Shown piece after piece: positions 62,731 through 64,000 of a stretch of 64,000 nucleotides of DNA. This DNA comes from Podospora anserina. Its lineage: Eukaryota. The number at the start of each line of letters is the position of its first letter. Within the stretch, counting starts at the first letter, position 1. A program made the position numbers and the translations under genes. The notes below the pieces were generated by a model, which was not told the DNA's origin, ran no database searches, and worked only from the letters and a program-made list of their open reading frames with translations. Location of the stretch: positions 1,488,001 through 1,552,000 of the forward strand of contig CM030338.1 in NCBI GenBank assembly GCA_017654855.1, given 5' to 3'.

Positions 62731-64000
62731 GACGCTGATTGAGGGCGGCCTTCCGCCTAGTTTCTGTTATTGCCCAATCTCCATGGAATTAATTCCTCGA
62801 ATGAAGCAGTCGTCCTCTCGTCGCAGGAAGGCTGTGGGCGCGCAGCGACGAGTTGTCAGCAGCTCCGGGGGCGGAGAAGCCACACAACCGCGCGGGTGGC
62901 AGGTCAGGTCGTCGTCGGGTTTGGTTGCGTCGCGATGGTACTACAGGTGTCTAGGGATTGATGAGCTGACAATCAGGATGCCGTCGCGATGTTTGGCGTG
63001 GGGGAGACGATCGCAGAGAGGGCTGGGCGCCGAGAGATGCTCGCAGTCGGGAATCGACGGGTGGGCTTGGAGAGCGGGTGAAGGCAAAAAAACGCAACGG
63101 CAGCGTTGTTGTTTGTGGAGGTTGAAACGGCGGCTGGTCGTGTCTGGCGTCAAGTCTGTCGATTTTGTCGTCGCTCTGTCGTCCTGTCTCAACGGCCGGT
63201 CTCGAAGACGTTTGAACTTTTGAAAGTTTGATGGTGAAATGATTAATAGCCGGGAGTGTAGAAGGGATGGCCCTTCTCAACCCTGCAAAATTGGCCTGGA
63301 GTAAAGAAGCGGAGATACCGTGCCTGGACTGATGAGAGCGCACTGTCCTGAGGGAGGTGACAAAGGGTCAGGTTGCGCTGGCAAATGAAAACTGGGGTGG
63401 TCGTGGTGGTGGTACTGTTGCCGCTAGCATTTCAGTGTTCAGCTGCCTGTCCAAGCGAAGTGCAAGCGCCTGCACACCTCGGCCAGTCTCACCGCTCGAG
63501 GCCTATGAAAAGAGAGGATTCGAGCTGTTGAGAAACGAAGGGACAAATCTCAGTGTGACAAGTTGCTTGCTTGCTTGCTTCCTTTGTGTTCTCCTCACGA
63601 TGCTACCATCAACAGCAATACCGGACGTTGTAAAGTGGTCTTGATTACTTCTCGACGCTTCTCCGTCTTCCGTAGACAAAATAGGGGTGCTGTTTAATTA
63701 GCGCTTATCACTGGATGGCTATAACCAAGCGGGAAAAAAACAAGCGGCCGGGCAGCACTCGCAGCACAACAACGCTCCTCCAGCGATCTGCCAGCTTTTT
63801 TCTGATCCCAGGCTCGCACTGTACGTCTTGGTTGCATCTCAACGCGCAGCGGGGATTGATTGAAAATGTGGTCTGCCCAAGCACACCAAGCACGACAAGA
63901 TTGGGGCGCAGCGTGATTCTTCGTCACCCCAAATGAGCCATCCTGTTTTCCACCACAGAAATGTTACTTAGGTGGTCTTATTCTGACGACGTGTTCCCTG

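Overview
Intron-rich, gene-dense DNA from a filamentous ascomycete. Short GT..CTAAC/CTGAC..YAG introns and the gene content point to Sordariales, probably Podospora-like (inference). I can support 19 protein-coding genes, mostly housekeeping: TFC4 (3' end), a C2H2 transcription factor, a Zn-dependent dehydrogenase, SEN15, an Xaa-Pro aminopeptidase, an Asg1-like Zn2Cys6 factor, CSN1, PRP18, a divergent SAP18-like gene, complex I NDUFB4/B15, an LCAT-like hydrolase, eIF5, a probable GPI protein, a GPR89/GTG homolog, a USP-domain protein, eIF3L, RIA1/EFL1, a LAG1/LAC1 ceramide synthase and palH/RIM21. The best lead is the SAP18-like gene. A single in-frame UAG (28085-28087), in a U-U-A-G-G-A context inside a small hairpin loop, separates the SAP18-like domain from a 122-codon in-frame extension. 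It is a candidate for sexual-stage A-to-I stop-codon editing, but an alternative intron is not excluded. Other leads: poor-context uORFs in the eIF5 leader, a frameshift splitting the GPR89 homolog, a nested-stem 165-nt element between PRP18 and the SAP18-like gene, and an intergenic inverted repeat at 49.4-49.7 kb. All family calls are from recalled motifs; no database searches were run.
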